From Antedon mediterranea (lineage: Eukaryota; Animalia; Echinodermata), in the NCBI RefSeq assembly GCF_964355755.1, contig NC_092675.1, positions 2,723,812 to 2,787,811 of the forward strand: DNA of 64,000 nucleotides, written 5' to 3'. Positions within the stretch are counted from its first letter, which is position 1. Every line of letters begins with the position of its first letter. Below, piece by piece: positions 11,873 to 23,912 of the stretch. The position numbers were made by a program, and so were the translations under genes. The notes below the pieces were generated by a model, which saw only the letters and a list, made by a program, of their open reading frames with translations, had not been told where the DNA came from and did not search any database.

Positions 11873-13784
11873 CAGGCCCGTAGCCAGGGGGATTTTTTGG
11901 GGTTCGGGTGAACCCCCCCTTTTGCGCGAACCCCCCTTTTACCAGCGAACCCCCCTTGAAAAACAAAGGCCCCACTTCCAAAATCGTGCAATTAATTATC
12001 AATTATAGCAGATTTTTTGGTCATTTACTTCTATTGACTATGTTTAAATCGATCGAATATACAGATTGTACGATGTCAAAGTCACTGCTGAGCGTGAGAT
12101 CGAGAGATTGTTGAGAGATAATGGTTATAAATATGACAGAAAAATGGACTGACCAATCGCGTGCTTCGGCCGGGCTTCGGAACGCACAAGATCACGTTCA
12201 GTTCAGTTCAATCTTTTTGGGGATTTTTATTTTTTTCCTGGAAATATTTTTCATTAAACCAAAAGAATTTCACTGTTTAAACTTGAATAAAAATGATGCT
12301 GAGTTAAATCGGTACGTGTACGTAGGCCTACCGTATATTTCGGTGTATAAGACGCACTTTTGACACGCAAATTTGACCTCTAAATGTAACCCTAATTAAT
12401 TTAATTACCTACTAATACTTAAATTAATTAAAAATAGTGTAGGCCTACTACTCTGCAATGTAGGCCTAGCTAGTTACTCACTCCTGTCTAACCACAGTGT
12501 GGTAACAAGGATTACTGTTTATTGAATTTTTAGTTAAGGTAAATTGTCATCCTCGACTGTATTAATTAATATTACAGTACGCATTAGATATTCTACCCAG
12601 GCCTAGCAATACTCTCTGAACTCGCGGGTGTGTATTCTAGCAGCATGCAGCATCATCACAGCGCAACACATTTATGGAAGAGTCCATTAATTACGGTGGT
12701 GTCACATTTTATTTACACAATAACTATTTCCCTTGATCACGGTGGTTTATTTTTATTACATCTCTATGTCAACAATCACATAATTTTATAATCATGTAGT
12801 CAATAGTTCGTATGTCAAGCGATATCTAAAAGAGTGTGTTGTTATTGTGTTAAGTAGCTTCCCCTAATCTTATAGTGTATATGGCCAACAGTGCTGGCCA
12901 CCAGGCAAGGAGCACATGGTTAGTGCTCTCTCCTCATATTGCTGTAATGCATGCATGGAAATAGGAAAGATTTTCATACAGGCCTACCCAACATGATATT
13001 CCTGGTTCATTATCAGCCCAAAAAACTGAACATCATTTGGATTGATTTTATAATGGTCATACACACAATAAGAAGGTATAAATTTAAATAATATGAAATT
13101 AAAGTTACTTAAATAGACTTAGGCTAGCCCATGGAGCTAGCCCTACCCACACAGTGCATCGTAACTGAAACAATATGGGGATTTCCCTTTTCATTGAACG
13201 TTCAGTTGAAGTAGAGACTGATTACGATGTAATAAAGGCAATCAAACTAAATTATATCATTTGATTCTAATATGTCTCAAATATCGTTATTTTATTATTA
13301 AAATACCATTGTTTTGATTGTAAAATGTTTAAATTTCGGCCTAGAAATAAGTGCGTCTTATGCATCGACTACATAAAAAATACTAATATTTCAGTCTCCG
13401 TTATGGGTGCGTCTTATACACAGGTGCGACTTGTACACCGAAATATACGGTACTATTTGTTTTTTATGTTTATAGGATAAGAAATTACTTAAGGGCCTAA
13501 TATAATATACTTTTTTGCAACAATAAAGCTGTATTTCATGATCAGTACTACTAACTTCCATACTGTAGGCCTACTATATAATTTCTCTGCATAACCCAGA
13601 TTTTAGTAGGTAAAAAATGTCTCTGTAAGCTTATTAAAACAACCAAAATTGCTCTGAGAGCCAAAGCTTCCCGACCGGGGGCCCTTGGCGGCCCCCTGGC
13701 CCCCAGCCTACAGTTGCTCGCTGCGCTCGCAAAATACTTGGTGTCAAGAAAACCCCCCTCTGATGCATTCTGGCTACGGGCCTG
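11873..13784. mobile_element. Non-autonomous DNA transposon with 15-bp TIR and apparent 5-bp TSD (hAT-like)
   Basis: CAGGCCCGTAGCCAG at 11873 and CTGGCTACGGGCCTG ending at 13784; AACAA flanks both sides. Confidence 0.75.
12331..13450. mobile_element. Tc1/mariner-pogo-type non-autonomous element nested in the 11873-13784 element
   Basis: TA|CCGTATATTTCGGTGTATAAG ... CTTGTACACCGAAATATACGG|TA; TA TSD and subterminal GTGCGTCTTAT repeats. Confidence 0.8.
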
Positions 13785-13921
13785 AACAACCACAATTAGA
13801 CAACCTTTAGTGCATTTTAAGTGACTGGTATACATATTATTATTATTCTAGAATAAGTTAGTACAGTGGACTGCTCTGACATTATAATGGAGAGCTGGAA
13901 TAACAATTGAGAGTTAGTTAA

Positions 13922-14547
13922 AGACCCCTTCCCTGCAATTTTGGACGTTTTTTGGAAAATAATACATATATATCACTTTAAAAACATTAAACCATGTCAT
14001 TCCTTGTCTTAAATGTACGTTTTATGGTAAATTATGATAAAAAGTGAGAAACAATGCACTACCTAAGTAGCTCGCGGCGATCGACCTCTCGTGGACGGTC
14101 TTAGGCCTAGCCTAGCTAGGCTTAGTTTTGTAGGCCTAGCTGGTAAACATCGATAACGTACGAACATCGTACACTAGCTATATACCTAGCCTGACGTTGT
14201 ATAGTTGCTGCATTAATTGTCTTTCTATTTTTGCCAGACTCCGTTGATACAAATTGGGGAAAACCCGGTATTTTCGCTGAAAAGTTAGGAGTCTTCCATT
14301 TGTTTTGGCTTCACGATCGATCGAAAAGTGGGCGAATTACAGGTGAAAAACAAAAATATCAATCCGCGCGCAATGCATTTTGGGATTTATAGCGGGCCGC
14401 TATAATTATTAGAATCGATTTATTTTTCACATTTTTAACCGTTTAAAGACGAAAAAAGTTATCGCAATAGGACCATATAGTATTATTTTTACATTAAATA
14501 TAGTTGGTGATCTTAAATTAGATCTAAAAAACGTAGGGAATGGGGCT
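13922..14547. mobile_element. 626-bp TTAA-flanked non-autonomous transposon (Kolobok-like), copy 1
   Basis: TTAA|AGACCCCTTCCCTGC ... GTAGGGAATGGGGCT|TTAA; near-identical to 62626-63251. Confidence 0.85.
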
Positions 14548-14580
14548 TTAAATATAGATGTGTAGATGGATTGTCTCTTA

Positions 14581-14697
14581 AGCTCAGTCTACACTATCAA
14601 ACTAGTTTGATGTGGTCAAATATGGTAGTGATCTGCCCAAATATGGTAGTGATATGACATCATGTCCATATATGGGCACATCACATTTTTAGTCACA
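14581..14697. mobile_element. MITE family A copy (truncated)
   Basis: Left TIR AGCTCAGTCTACACTATCAAACT plus internal repeats; right end missing. Confidence 0.7.
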
Positions 14698-15068
14698 ACC
14701 TTCCACCTCAACCTCTTTCTGCTCTCCATCTCTCTTCATTAGTCTATTATACCTAGCATAGTGCGTTTATTGGTACACAATACAATAGGATTTGAACATT
14801 AATTTTCATTAGGGTAGATGATACATTTTTGATAAATATGAAATCTTATTCATATTTCCAAGTAACAACTAATAAGTTAATTCTTAGTAATATTTTTGAA
14901 TAAAATAATAATATTTAAGCTTTATAAAATGTATGTAAAAGATCTGTAGCAAGGTTGAAAGGTTAAAGAAAATGAAAAGTCTTCTGTTTATTAGTTGTTC
15001 ACATTGTAAATAAAAAAAACAGAAGAAATAGAAATATCAATTGAGGTCATGAGATATTATTTGTGTAA

Positions 15069-15167
15069 AGCTCTGTCTACACTATACAACTGAAATGTGC
15101 ACAGGATGATGTCATATCACTACCCTATTTGGCCACGTCAAACTAGTGTGATAGTGTAGACAGAGCA
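15069..15167. mobile_element. MITE family A copy
   Basis: TAA|AGCTCTGTCTACACTAT...ATAGTGTAGACAGAGCA|TAA. Confidence 0.75.
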
Positions 15168-15608
15168 TAACATTAAATAGAGAGAGCTAAAGAAAACTGC
15201 TTTTTTTTTTTACCATTTGTGGGATCATTTGTGTATTTTTAAGTATCTCTGTTTTGTTATTTCCATTGTGACAAGTCTTTCCAGAGATATCTTTTAATCA
15301 AAGAGGGTTTTTTCGGAGAGGTCCTTAAATAGAGTGGTCTAAATGAAGTAGTCTTTGATTGGGTTAAGACCTTTATTTGTTACCATTATACTCCATCCGA
15401 ACTGGATAATAACAAATGCATTGTTTTAACATTCTGATGATTAATGTTTTATAAGCATGGACGCATGCTAGACATCCACAACCCTTCTTTCAATTCCAAA
15501 ATGTCTGGTTGAGACTGGGGAGACAAGTTTGATTGTACAATCCGCAGTATAATAATCAATCTGCAAATATAAATGAACTTAAATTAATTTTTCTTCTCTT
15601 TTTTGTAG

Positions 15609-15793
15609 GTGTTTCATCACAATGTTGCAGAGCCCTCTATGATTTCGAACCCGAGAACGAAGGAGAGCTAGGATTCCACGAAGGTGACATAATTACCGTC
15701 ACAAGTGAGATTGATGACAATTGGATAGAGGGAGAGCTTGACGGACGCAGTGGATTCTTTCCAAGGAATTACATCGAAATGATCAATCTGTAA
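15609..15793 (+). CDS. SH3GL: Endophilin-A (SH3GL1/2/3-like), terminal exon encoding the SH3 domain; upstream BAR exons are not seen in the window
   Basis: Acceptor ttttgtag at 15601-15608, then [60 protein letters not shown] (TAA 15791-15793). [15 protein letters not shown] is characteristic of the endophilin-A SH3. AATAAA near 17786. Confidence 0.88.
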
Positions 15794-15897
15794 TCGTGCA
15801 AAAGAAGCAGCTCTATGAAAAGATTACGAATGTGACATAAAAAAGTGACATAATATATGTACATAGAATAATGGTTGTCTGTTGATTATTTCATAAC

Positions 15898-15985
15898 TGC
15901 CTAGCCTAGCCTAGCCTAGCCTAGCCTAGCTAGCCTAGCCTAGCCTAGCCATGCCTAGCCTAGCCTAGCCTAGCCTAGCCTAGCC
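15898..15985. repeat. (GCCTA)n microsatellite in the endophilin 3'UTR
   Basis: About 17 tandem CTAGC units. Confidence 0.95.
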
Positions 15986-16134
15986 ATACATTACTGTGTT
16001 TTGTTCCATATAAACATGTAATGCTTTGTGTTTTTATAGACACAACAATAGTATAGACATGATAGCATTATGTGTTATAAGTAGACGCATTGTAGTGTTT
16101 ATGAGTAGACACTTCAATGTACTGTATTAATGTG

Positions 16135-16440
16135 ACACATTACTGAAAATCAACACATGTTTATGTTAGACACATAATGTACTAATATGTTTACATTACT
16201 GCAAACCAACACATGTTTAACAAACATGACATGTTTATGTTAGACACATAAATGCACTAATGTGTTTAAATTACTGCAAACCAACACATGTTTAACAAAC
16301 ATGACATGTTTATGTTAGACACATAAATGCACTAATGTGTTTAAATTACTGCAAATGAACACATGTTTATGTTAGACACATACGTATGTTAGACACATAA
16401 ATGTACTAATGTGTTAACATTACTGCAAATCAACATGTGT
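16135..16440. repeat. Degenerate tandem repeat (about 50-70 bp)
   Basis: Recurrent ACATGTTTATGTTAGACACATAAATG...ATTACTGCAAA. Confidence 0.8.
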
Positions 16441-18368
16441 ATGTGTGTATTGATATATAATTATGACATTGTGTCTCAATACTATTCCTTCATCAGTAAG
16501 CTTATTCTGGGAATGAATGAATAACATGTTTAGATGGACATATCCTGTTATGTCTGAATATTGTAACATGTTTAGTAATTACATGTTGCATGTGCATTGA
16601 TAAACACATCATGACATCTGGGACACTAAATACAGCAGAGTTAGACCTTAAAATTGACAGTAACCTTTGCACCTACTAATTATGAACAAATTGAGAGGTT
16701 TTTGTTTGTTCAAATACGATATTTGTGTACTATAAAATTATATTTACTCTGTATGTGTATATGAGTATCCCTTGCTTTTATTTGAGATGGTCATATGTTT
16801 GATATTTCATACATTGGCCGAAATGTCCCTGTTCCAAATCGAATGGCAGCTTATTCACTCACGAGTACCAAAATGATTAACATGTACAATGTCTACGCTA
16901 TTGTTCCTCACAATGACTTTAATGATTTATTCACAGGCAATTAAACAACATAATAATATGTTTAGAGACATATTTATTATCCACAGACTTGTACAGTATG
17001 TACCTCCATGTATGTACTGTATTTGATAACAGATTATACAGTATATTTACATGCTACATAATTTGCATAACGTTTCTAGTAAACAGTGTATTGAAGTTTA
17101 TTATAATTAATAATATTAAATTAACCATTAAATAATAACTTTTTTTGTTATTATTAGGCTACTAATAAGATGAACAGTTTTTAGAAAACAGATTGTTCTT
17201 GAATAGATCATTTCTATTGTTATGAACTGTTGTATTTATACTTTATTTAATATATGAAGATGAATATAGGCCTTTTTGCACAGGTATAACTTAGCTGTAG
17301 CTCTAGTTCTGTAGTGCCAACTAAAACAAAAGGTGTGAACAGGGATCTCGTGGCTGCTCAATCGTGGTCCTATGTTCAGAAAAGTATTTTTACGTGTGAA
17401 CAGACGTTTTGATAATTATGTATTAATTTACTGTCATTCAGTTAACCAATAGCTAGTGAAGAATGTGTTTAAAGTATACAAAAAAATAGTACAATAGTTA
17501 GTTTCTATATATATATATATATTTTTTTTTTTTTATTTAGACACAGAGTCTAAGAAATGTATAAGCATCTATTATATGGGATTTTTAAAAAAAACACACA
17601 TTAGATGGGTAGCTTTAATTTATAGGGAATGTTTAATCTGTGAGAACCATATTATTGTTTGGTTGGTCGTCGACGTCAAAATGTCTCGAATTTGCGAAAT
17701 CTCCATATTGTTTAGTAAATATATATTTTCTGGTAAATTTAGCTGAAATATGCAGTTATGGAAAGTGTTTATAAATATTTAAGCTAATAAAAATGTTTAT
17801 TTTGTAAATGGGAATTAGAGATACGATATTTAAACAATAAATTGTTATTTCTCTATATGTTTAATTTTAATTATTATGATAATTCTTCCGAAGGATTTAT
17901 ACGAAGAATGTTGATATTTTACCTTTTTTTCCTTTAAATATATAACCTGTAGTGCATTATTAATCCAAAGATATTCGTATCAAACTTTTGTTTATTTTGT
18001 AATATTTGGTCATTTTGTATTAACGTAGTCATATAAATTCCTTACAATCATTATCAATTAATAATTTCACTCAATACATTCTCATTTTCATTATTAATTT
18101 ATCACGATTTATATTTTTTCATCGCACCTCTACTCATTTATAATATCTACTGAAAAAGAAAAGAGTAAAATATGGCAACCGTGAAGCCATTTGATCGTGT
18201 ACATTTGTTATCATTTTCTTTTGGATCCAAATTCAGAATAATACTGTTTAAAAACTGTATAATTAACTCTCTCCAAAATATTATTTATATTATTTTATTT
18301 ACGGATGATTCTGTATAATTTCGTCATTCCTAGAACAGTGTTCATTGTCAAGAATATTTTTCAACTAA

Positions 18369-18563
18369 TGCTTGGTCCCCACTAGAGACGTAACGCAGCG
18401 TAAGTGTGTTGACCAATCACAAGCAATGGATTATTCAAACTGCTTGTCATTTGTCAACGCGCTGTGCGTTTACCTCCTTACGTTACGTCGTGGGAACCAA
18501 GCTTTATTGGTCAAACACGGTTGCGTTTACGTCCTTGCGTTACGACCTAGTGGGAACCAAGCT
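18369..18563. mobile_element. Harbinger-type MITE family B with duplicated right end
   Basis: TAA|TGCTTGGTCCCCACTAG ... CTAGTGGGAACCAAGCT|TAA, with an extra TGGGAACCAAGCT at about 18491. A related copy lies at about 20747-20940. Confidence 0.72.
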
Positions 18564-19859
18564 TAAAGGACGAAACGTAGAGTCAGACCTCAGATTGTCA
18601 TTTTCGAGTTACTATCCTCTTTCTATTTTCTCCTTTTCTATTTTCTCCTTTTCTTTCATCATCGTCATCATCATTAGATTATATCATCCTTGCCCTCATA
18701 TACATGACGTCATTGTGATCAATGTCAACATTATCATTTCCATATTTATTAATACCATGGACCTAATTTCCAAATTCATTAATACATGGTCCATGTTAAT
18801 ACTATTGTTTGAACATACTTACCCATCTGTGTTTTGGTCATCGTTCCGTCTATGACGTCATCCCTACCACCTCCCAATATGTGCATTTTTCTTTTTCAGG
18901 GACCATTATGTTGGCATAGATAATAATCGTTGCAATATTATGTTGAAACATTCGGTTTTAAGTACTATTTTTTGTAAAATTGATTTAGAAATACAATAGC
19001 GCTTTAATATTGAATCAGTTAGCTTAAGCCTAATAACTAAGGCATCCGTATATATTTTTATTTTGTAGGCTGTATGTATAATAACTTGTACATATTTAAT
19101 TAACAATATGGGTTTACTGCGTGTTATAATAATGCATAGCTTAATGGTGGAAGTGGAAATATATTTTGTTATAATTTAGATAATTCGCTCCCCTTTAATA
19201 TATATGTTTTCTCTTCCTGGAGAAATAAATGAAAATTGTAATTGTATACATATTAAACCCACTCCTCTCTGTCCACGAGGTCACTGGTGAATGTTACACT
19301 CGTACGGAACGGAAAACTGCCAGTGTTTTTTTATAATCGAAGATCGTATAAATTAATGAACGATGCCGTTTATCGTTCCGTGAAACGGAAAAGGTGTGAA
19401 TCCGGAGCTGTATGTGGTAGATTAGATGACATTTTCGCGAAGGCCTACACGTCACGTGTGCATTTTGAGATAGTGCCGTTGTGGTCCTAATTTCTTAATT
19501 TCCAATTAGAGGTTTTTCATATCCCTGGTGGGGGTACTTTCTCAATATAATGCTTCACATGGCAGGCACACCCAGGCCTCTTTTATATATCGAGTGGTTA
19601 CTTTTTTCAAACACCTCCATACGTAACTCGTGTTATTTTTTAACGTAAGAATTAGCATAGATAAAAATGCACACATTAACTGGTCGACCTCCGGCCTGTA
19701 ACATGTATTTTTGATTGGAAATCGTGTTAGTTTGGAGTCAATAAATACATTTAAAAGAAAAAAGCATGTAGTTGTTATCTCTTTTAATTGTTCATGTCAC
19801 GAATAATGGCCGCACTCGTTTTGTTGCACACCAAACATAAATCCTAAACATGCGTCTAA

Positions 19860-20027
19860 AGCTCTGTTTACACTATCAAACTTTATGTGTGACAAAGAAA
19901 ATGTGATGTGCCCGTACGTATATGGACATGATAATGTCATATCACTACTACTTTTAAGCATATCACTACCATATTTGGGAACATCACACTGTTTGTGTCA
20001 AACTAGTTTGATAGTGTAGACAAAGCT
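19860..20027. mobile_element. MITE family A copy (full length)
   Basis: TAA TSD, both TIRs, two internal 21-bp units. Confidence 0.8.
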
Positions 20028-20940
20028 TAAGAAAAGTTATCAAAAAAATCATATCGAATCAAACCTCCAGAGATCAGGAAATAGAAGACAAAAATATTAA
20101 TATTAGAAATACTTGGTTAAACGCGTAACTATTATTATAACATTATAATAGTGTCTTGTTAAATATATACATTATTATTACCTGTACATAATTTATAAAA
20201 CTTAAAAATTAATATTCAATACAGAATAATGAGAGTTTGAATTTTACTGATATCGCATACGATTACTGTTTATTATTTTCACGATACCGTGTTCATATAA
20301 CGAAAAACGCTTGTTTGATATTCATATTTGCCCATCGGCATATTGTTATTAAGTACGCGCGCTATAAATAATACAACCATTCACGTAGTTCCTATTGTTT
20401 GGTGGCAATCATTCTACTGAGGCAGACTAGGCAAAACAAAAGACAGCAAAACAAATTAGATTTTGATGAAGAAACTCACTACATTTGATCACGCATCATC
20501 AATTATAATTCATTAGATTGGCTTACTTTGAAATTATGCATCAGTCAATATGTAATAAAAACTTCCAAAGATCAATTCGCAATAATGGCCGCCATTGTAT
20601 GGTATTCCTACCATATAAGTTTGTATCAGACTTAATGTCCATATAATAACTGAAAGAAGTTATTTTTATTTGAAATTTATTTGGGTATACCTATCCGTGC
20701 TACCACCCATAATGCACTGAGCGTAATAAGTATTGCGTGTGCGTAAAGCTTGGTTCCCACTAGATACGCAACGTAAGAAAATGCCCTTCCGATAATTGTG
20801 TTTGCCCCGCCTCCTGCGTGAAATCAGACCTGCGACTTTGCAGCACTGTTTCGTCGTCGGTTCCCACTTGATTACGTGATTACGCAATACATCACCTTGC
20901 GTCGATACGTCGCTGCGTTACGTTGCGTTCTAGTCGGAAC

Positions 20941-21360
20941 AGGTTAACATGTGTGGTGTTGGTTTAAACAGGTGTGTTGTTGGTTAACAGGTGCGACGGT
21001 GGTTATGTATAGGTGTGGTGTTGGTTTAAACAGGTGTGTTGTAGGTTAACAGGTGCGACGGTGGTTATGTATAGGTGTGGTGTTGGTTTAAACATGTGTG
21101 TTGTTGGTTAACAGGTGCGACGGTGGCTATGCGTAGGTGTGGTGTTGGTTTAAACAGGTTTGTTGTCGGTTAACAGGTGCGACGGTGGCTATGCGTAGGT
21201 GTGGTGTTGGTTTAAACAGGTGTGTTGTCGGTTAACAGGTGCGACGGTGGCTATGCGTAGGTGTGTTGTTGGTTTAAATAGGTGTGTTGTTGGTTAACAG
21301 GTGTGACGGTGGTTATGCACACAGGTGTGCTATTATATATACAGGTGTGCTGTAGTTAAC
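20941..21360. repeat. GT-rich minisatellite, 62-bp unit made of three ~21-bp subunits, about 6 copies
   Basis: AGGTGTGGTGTTGGTTTAAACAGGTGTGTTGTTGGTTAACAGGTGCGACGGTGGTTATGTAT repeated. Confidence 0.92.
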
Positions 21361-23912
21361 TATGTTTGACGATGGCTTTGCTCACATGTGTTACGTTTGT
21401 TCGTTCGTTTTTAGGCTACAGGTTTTGTGTTTTGTTTTACGTTCAATTATACAATAATAACGAAATACAATACATGCAAAAATAATCGACTTCCAAGGGG
21501 AATACCTTGTGTGTAACTGTTTTGTTTGTACTTTACATGCAAACCTGAATATTATCATGCCCATCGTTATACAAATTTTACCTTACGCCTTATCTCTTTA
21601 CACAAGGAAAATTCTTCTTATTTTGACGTCATTTATACGCCAACATTCTTATCTCATTACACAACGAAAATTCTATATTCTAAGATGATCAAAGAACGGA
21701 TGCTGTAATTGCCTATTGATTAGGATGAAACAGATCGATACCAGGTCTGTTGTGTTCTATTGAGCTGAAGGTTTATGATCTCCGATTGTCATGTTTGATA
21801 CCGTCGTTCCAAGGGCTTGATAAGGTGATTGGTGATGCTTTGTGAGTTAATTGGAAAAAATGAAGATTATGGTTGAAAGTTCTATAAACGGAGGTTAAAC
21901 AATATGTTTTGAAAACCACCAACACGCCCCAACTTTATTCAAGAATGTATAATATTCATAGTACCATGAAGACTAGTGTGAATAATTGCATACTTTTAGT
22001 AGTTGTTCAATATAAAACAATATCGATAAAACTTTGTCAGGCTATATTACTATAACCACCGACACGCCTCAAAATTATTCATATCACATCAACAAACAAA
22101 CAATATATCGACTATTGAACCAAAGATTCTCTAGTGAATGTAATGAAAGCTTCGATTAACATTGTTCAATATTCAACTTTTATATCCACGTGTAACAAAT
22201 GAATACAATTTTAATAATATTAATGGTGTTGAATCCACTTATAGCAAAATAGCTATTTACCTACAAACTAATGTAAATTTGTTACCACGTAAAACTTCCG
22301 CGTAAACTTCGGCTTTTACTGGCTGTACATCCTTTGGTTCCCATTTGCATGATGCAGAGCTATTTTTGTGGATTCAACACCGGATTTGAAACACATTATT
22401 ATCAAGCAACTGTGAACTTACACTGTTTAAATATTAAATACGTTATTGATACTTATTGATCCTTTACCTGTATGACATCTGTTGAACTACCAATTAGTCA
22501 TGATCTTATACGGGCGTATTCTCCTGATGCACCCATCGAGTTTCAAAACCAAATCTCTATACTTCAGTATGTTTGATCGATACGGTACAAAGTATGATAT
22601 ATGTATTTCTGAACATGTTTGTAGGAAATCAAGTAAACATTAAAACATATCCTTAATGCATTGTAATAGCCAGCTGACGTCACAATTGCACTGTAAACTT
22701 TATAAACCCAGAAAAGAGTGATACGCTGGATTCAACGTAAAAACGGTTAGATTTGATATATGTGTTGACACATCTTCTATTTGTAAACATCCCATTAAAA
22801 AGGTAGTTTATGACATCATTCCCGACATCGATCACGTCATCTTAATCTATACCATCAGACAGATATCTTCATTTGGGAAGGGTGGAGAGAGGGGATGGAG
22901 ATTGCTTGGTACGTGTGTATAGTTATTTAAAATGTTCAAATCGTATTAATTATAGTCTTATTTTAAAGTTATCAAACGAATCCCGATATTAAATTAAATC
23001 TTTACTCGTCAACTGTCTATCATTCATTTTATTAAGTAATTAATTGATGTTTGCTTAGTAACTACTTAAAGTACGTCGATCACATTGTTATTATATATTA
23101 TTAATCTGTACGACATATTTCCAAATCATGAGATTATATTTACACAACTCTTGTAAATGAACAATTGTGTATTACAAGTGACATTTCCTGACGGAAAGAA
23201 GTATTTAATCTGTTTTTAAGCAAGGCAATCTAAGACATTGAGCTCTTCTTGCCAAGATAGGAACTCGTAACAGTCCTTTGATCTTATCTCTGGCTACGAC
23301 AAATACAAACAGTCCTCATAGGCCTATTCTCCTTGGCTCGCGGTTCCTGTTTAGGGGCGTGGAACTTATCGTGTCGCAACCACAGATAAACTCCTTGATC
23401 TCCGGTTCCGGTATTATTCTACCATGTGTATAAACATGTTAAAAACCAACCATCACCTCCGTGAGCGGATTCGGGTTTCCCTACCCCTAAATTTGTGTAT
23501 AGGGCAAGATTCATTTCAAAAATCTGGATCCACCACGCACCAAAATGGTAAGAAGAGAAGTTGGTATTAACTTTAAACTAATTTTCCCATGGTTGGCTTA
23601 TAAATTATATACTGTATAAACATGGAGTCTATTTTACACCTCTATATACAAGTCAATAAACAAAAAACACTGATTTAGAAAACAAGTAGAAATGTTTTAC
23701 ATTTTATTCCATGCTATGCTTTGTCAAGAAATAAACATCTGTTCACACACAATGTCCGCATAAATAACATGCTACCTTAATCACAACCATGCATATTCAA
23801 AACATCAAAAATAAGCACCAGGCCTGACAAGCAAGAATGTTCTGTATCAACTATAATATAGCATCATTAATAAAATGCACAAAACAAATGTCATTTTGGG
23901 TTCAATCTGTTA

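Noticed and set aside
18372-18855. 149-aa and 64-aa ORFs
   Set aside because: They run through a MITE and low-complexity sequence with no recognisable domain.
20941-21360. CRISPR-like array
   Set aside because: Eukaryotic context; units are contiguous tandem repeats with no unique spacers. The same applies to 44480-44800 and 59884-60378.
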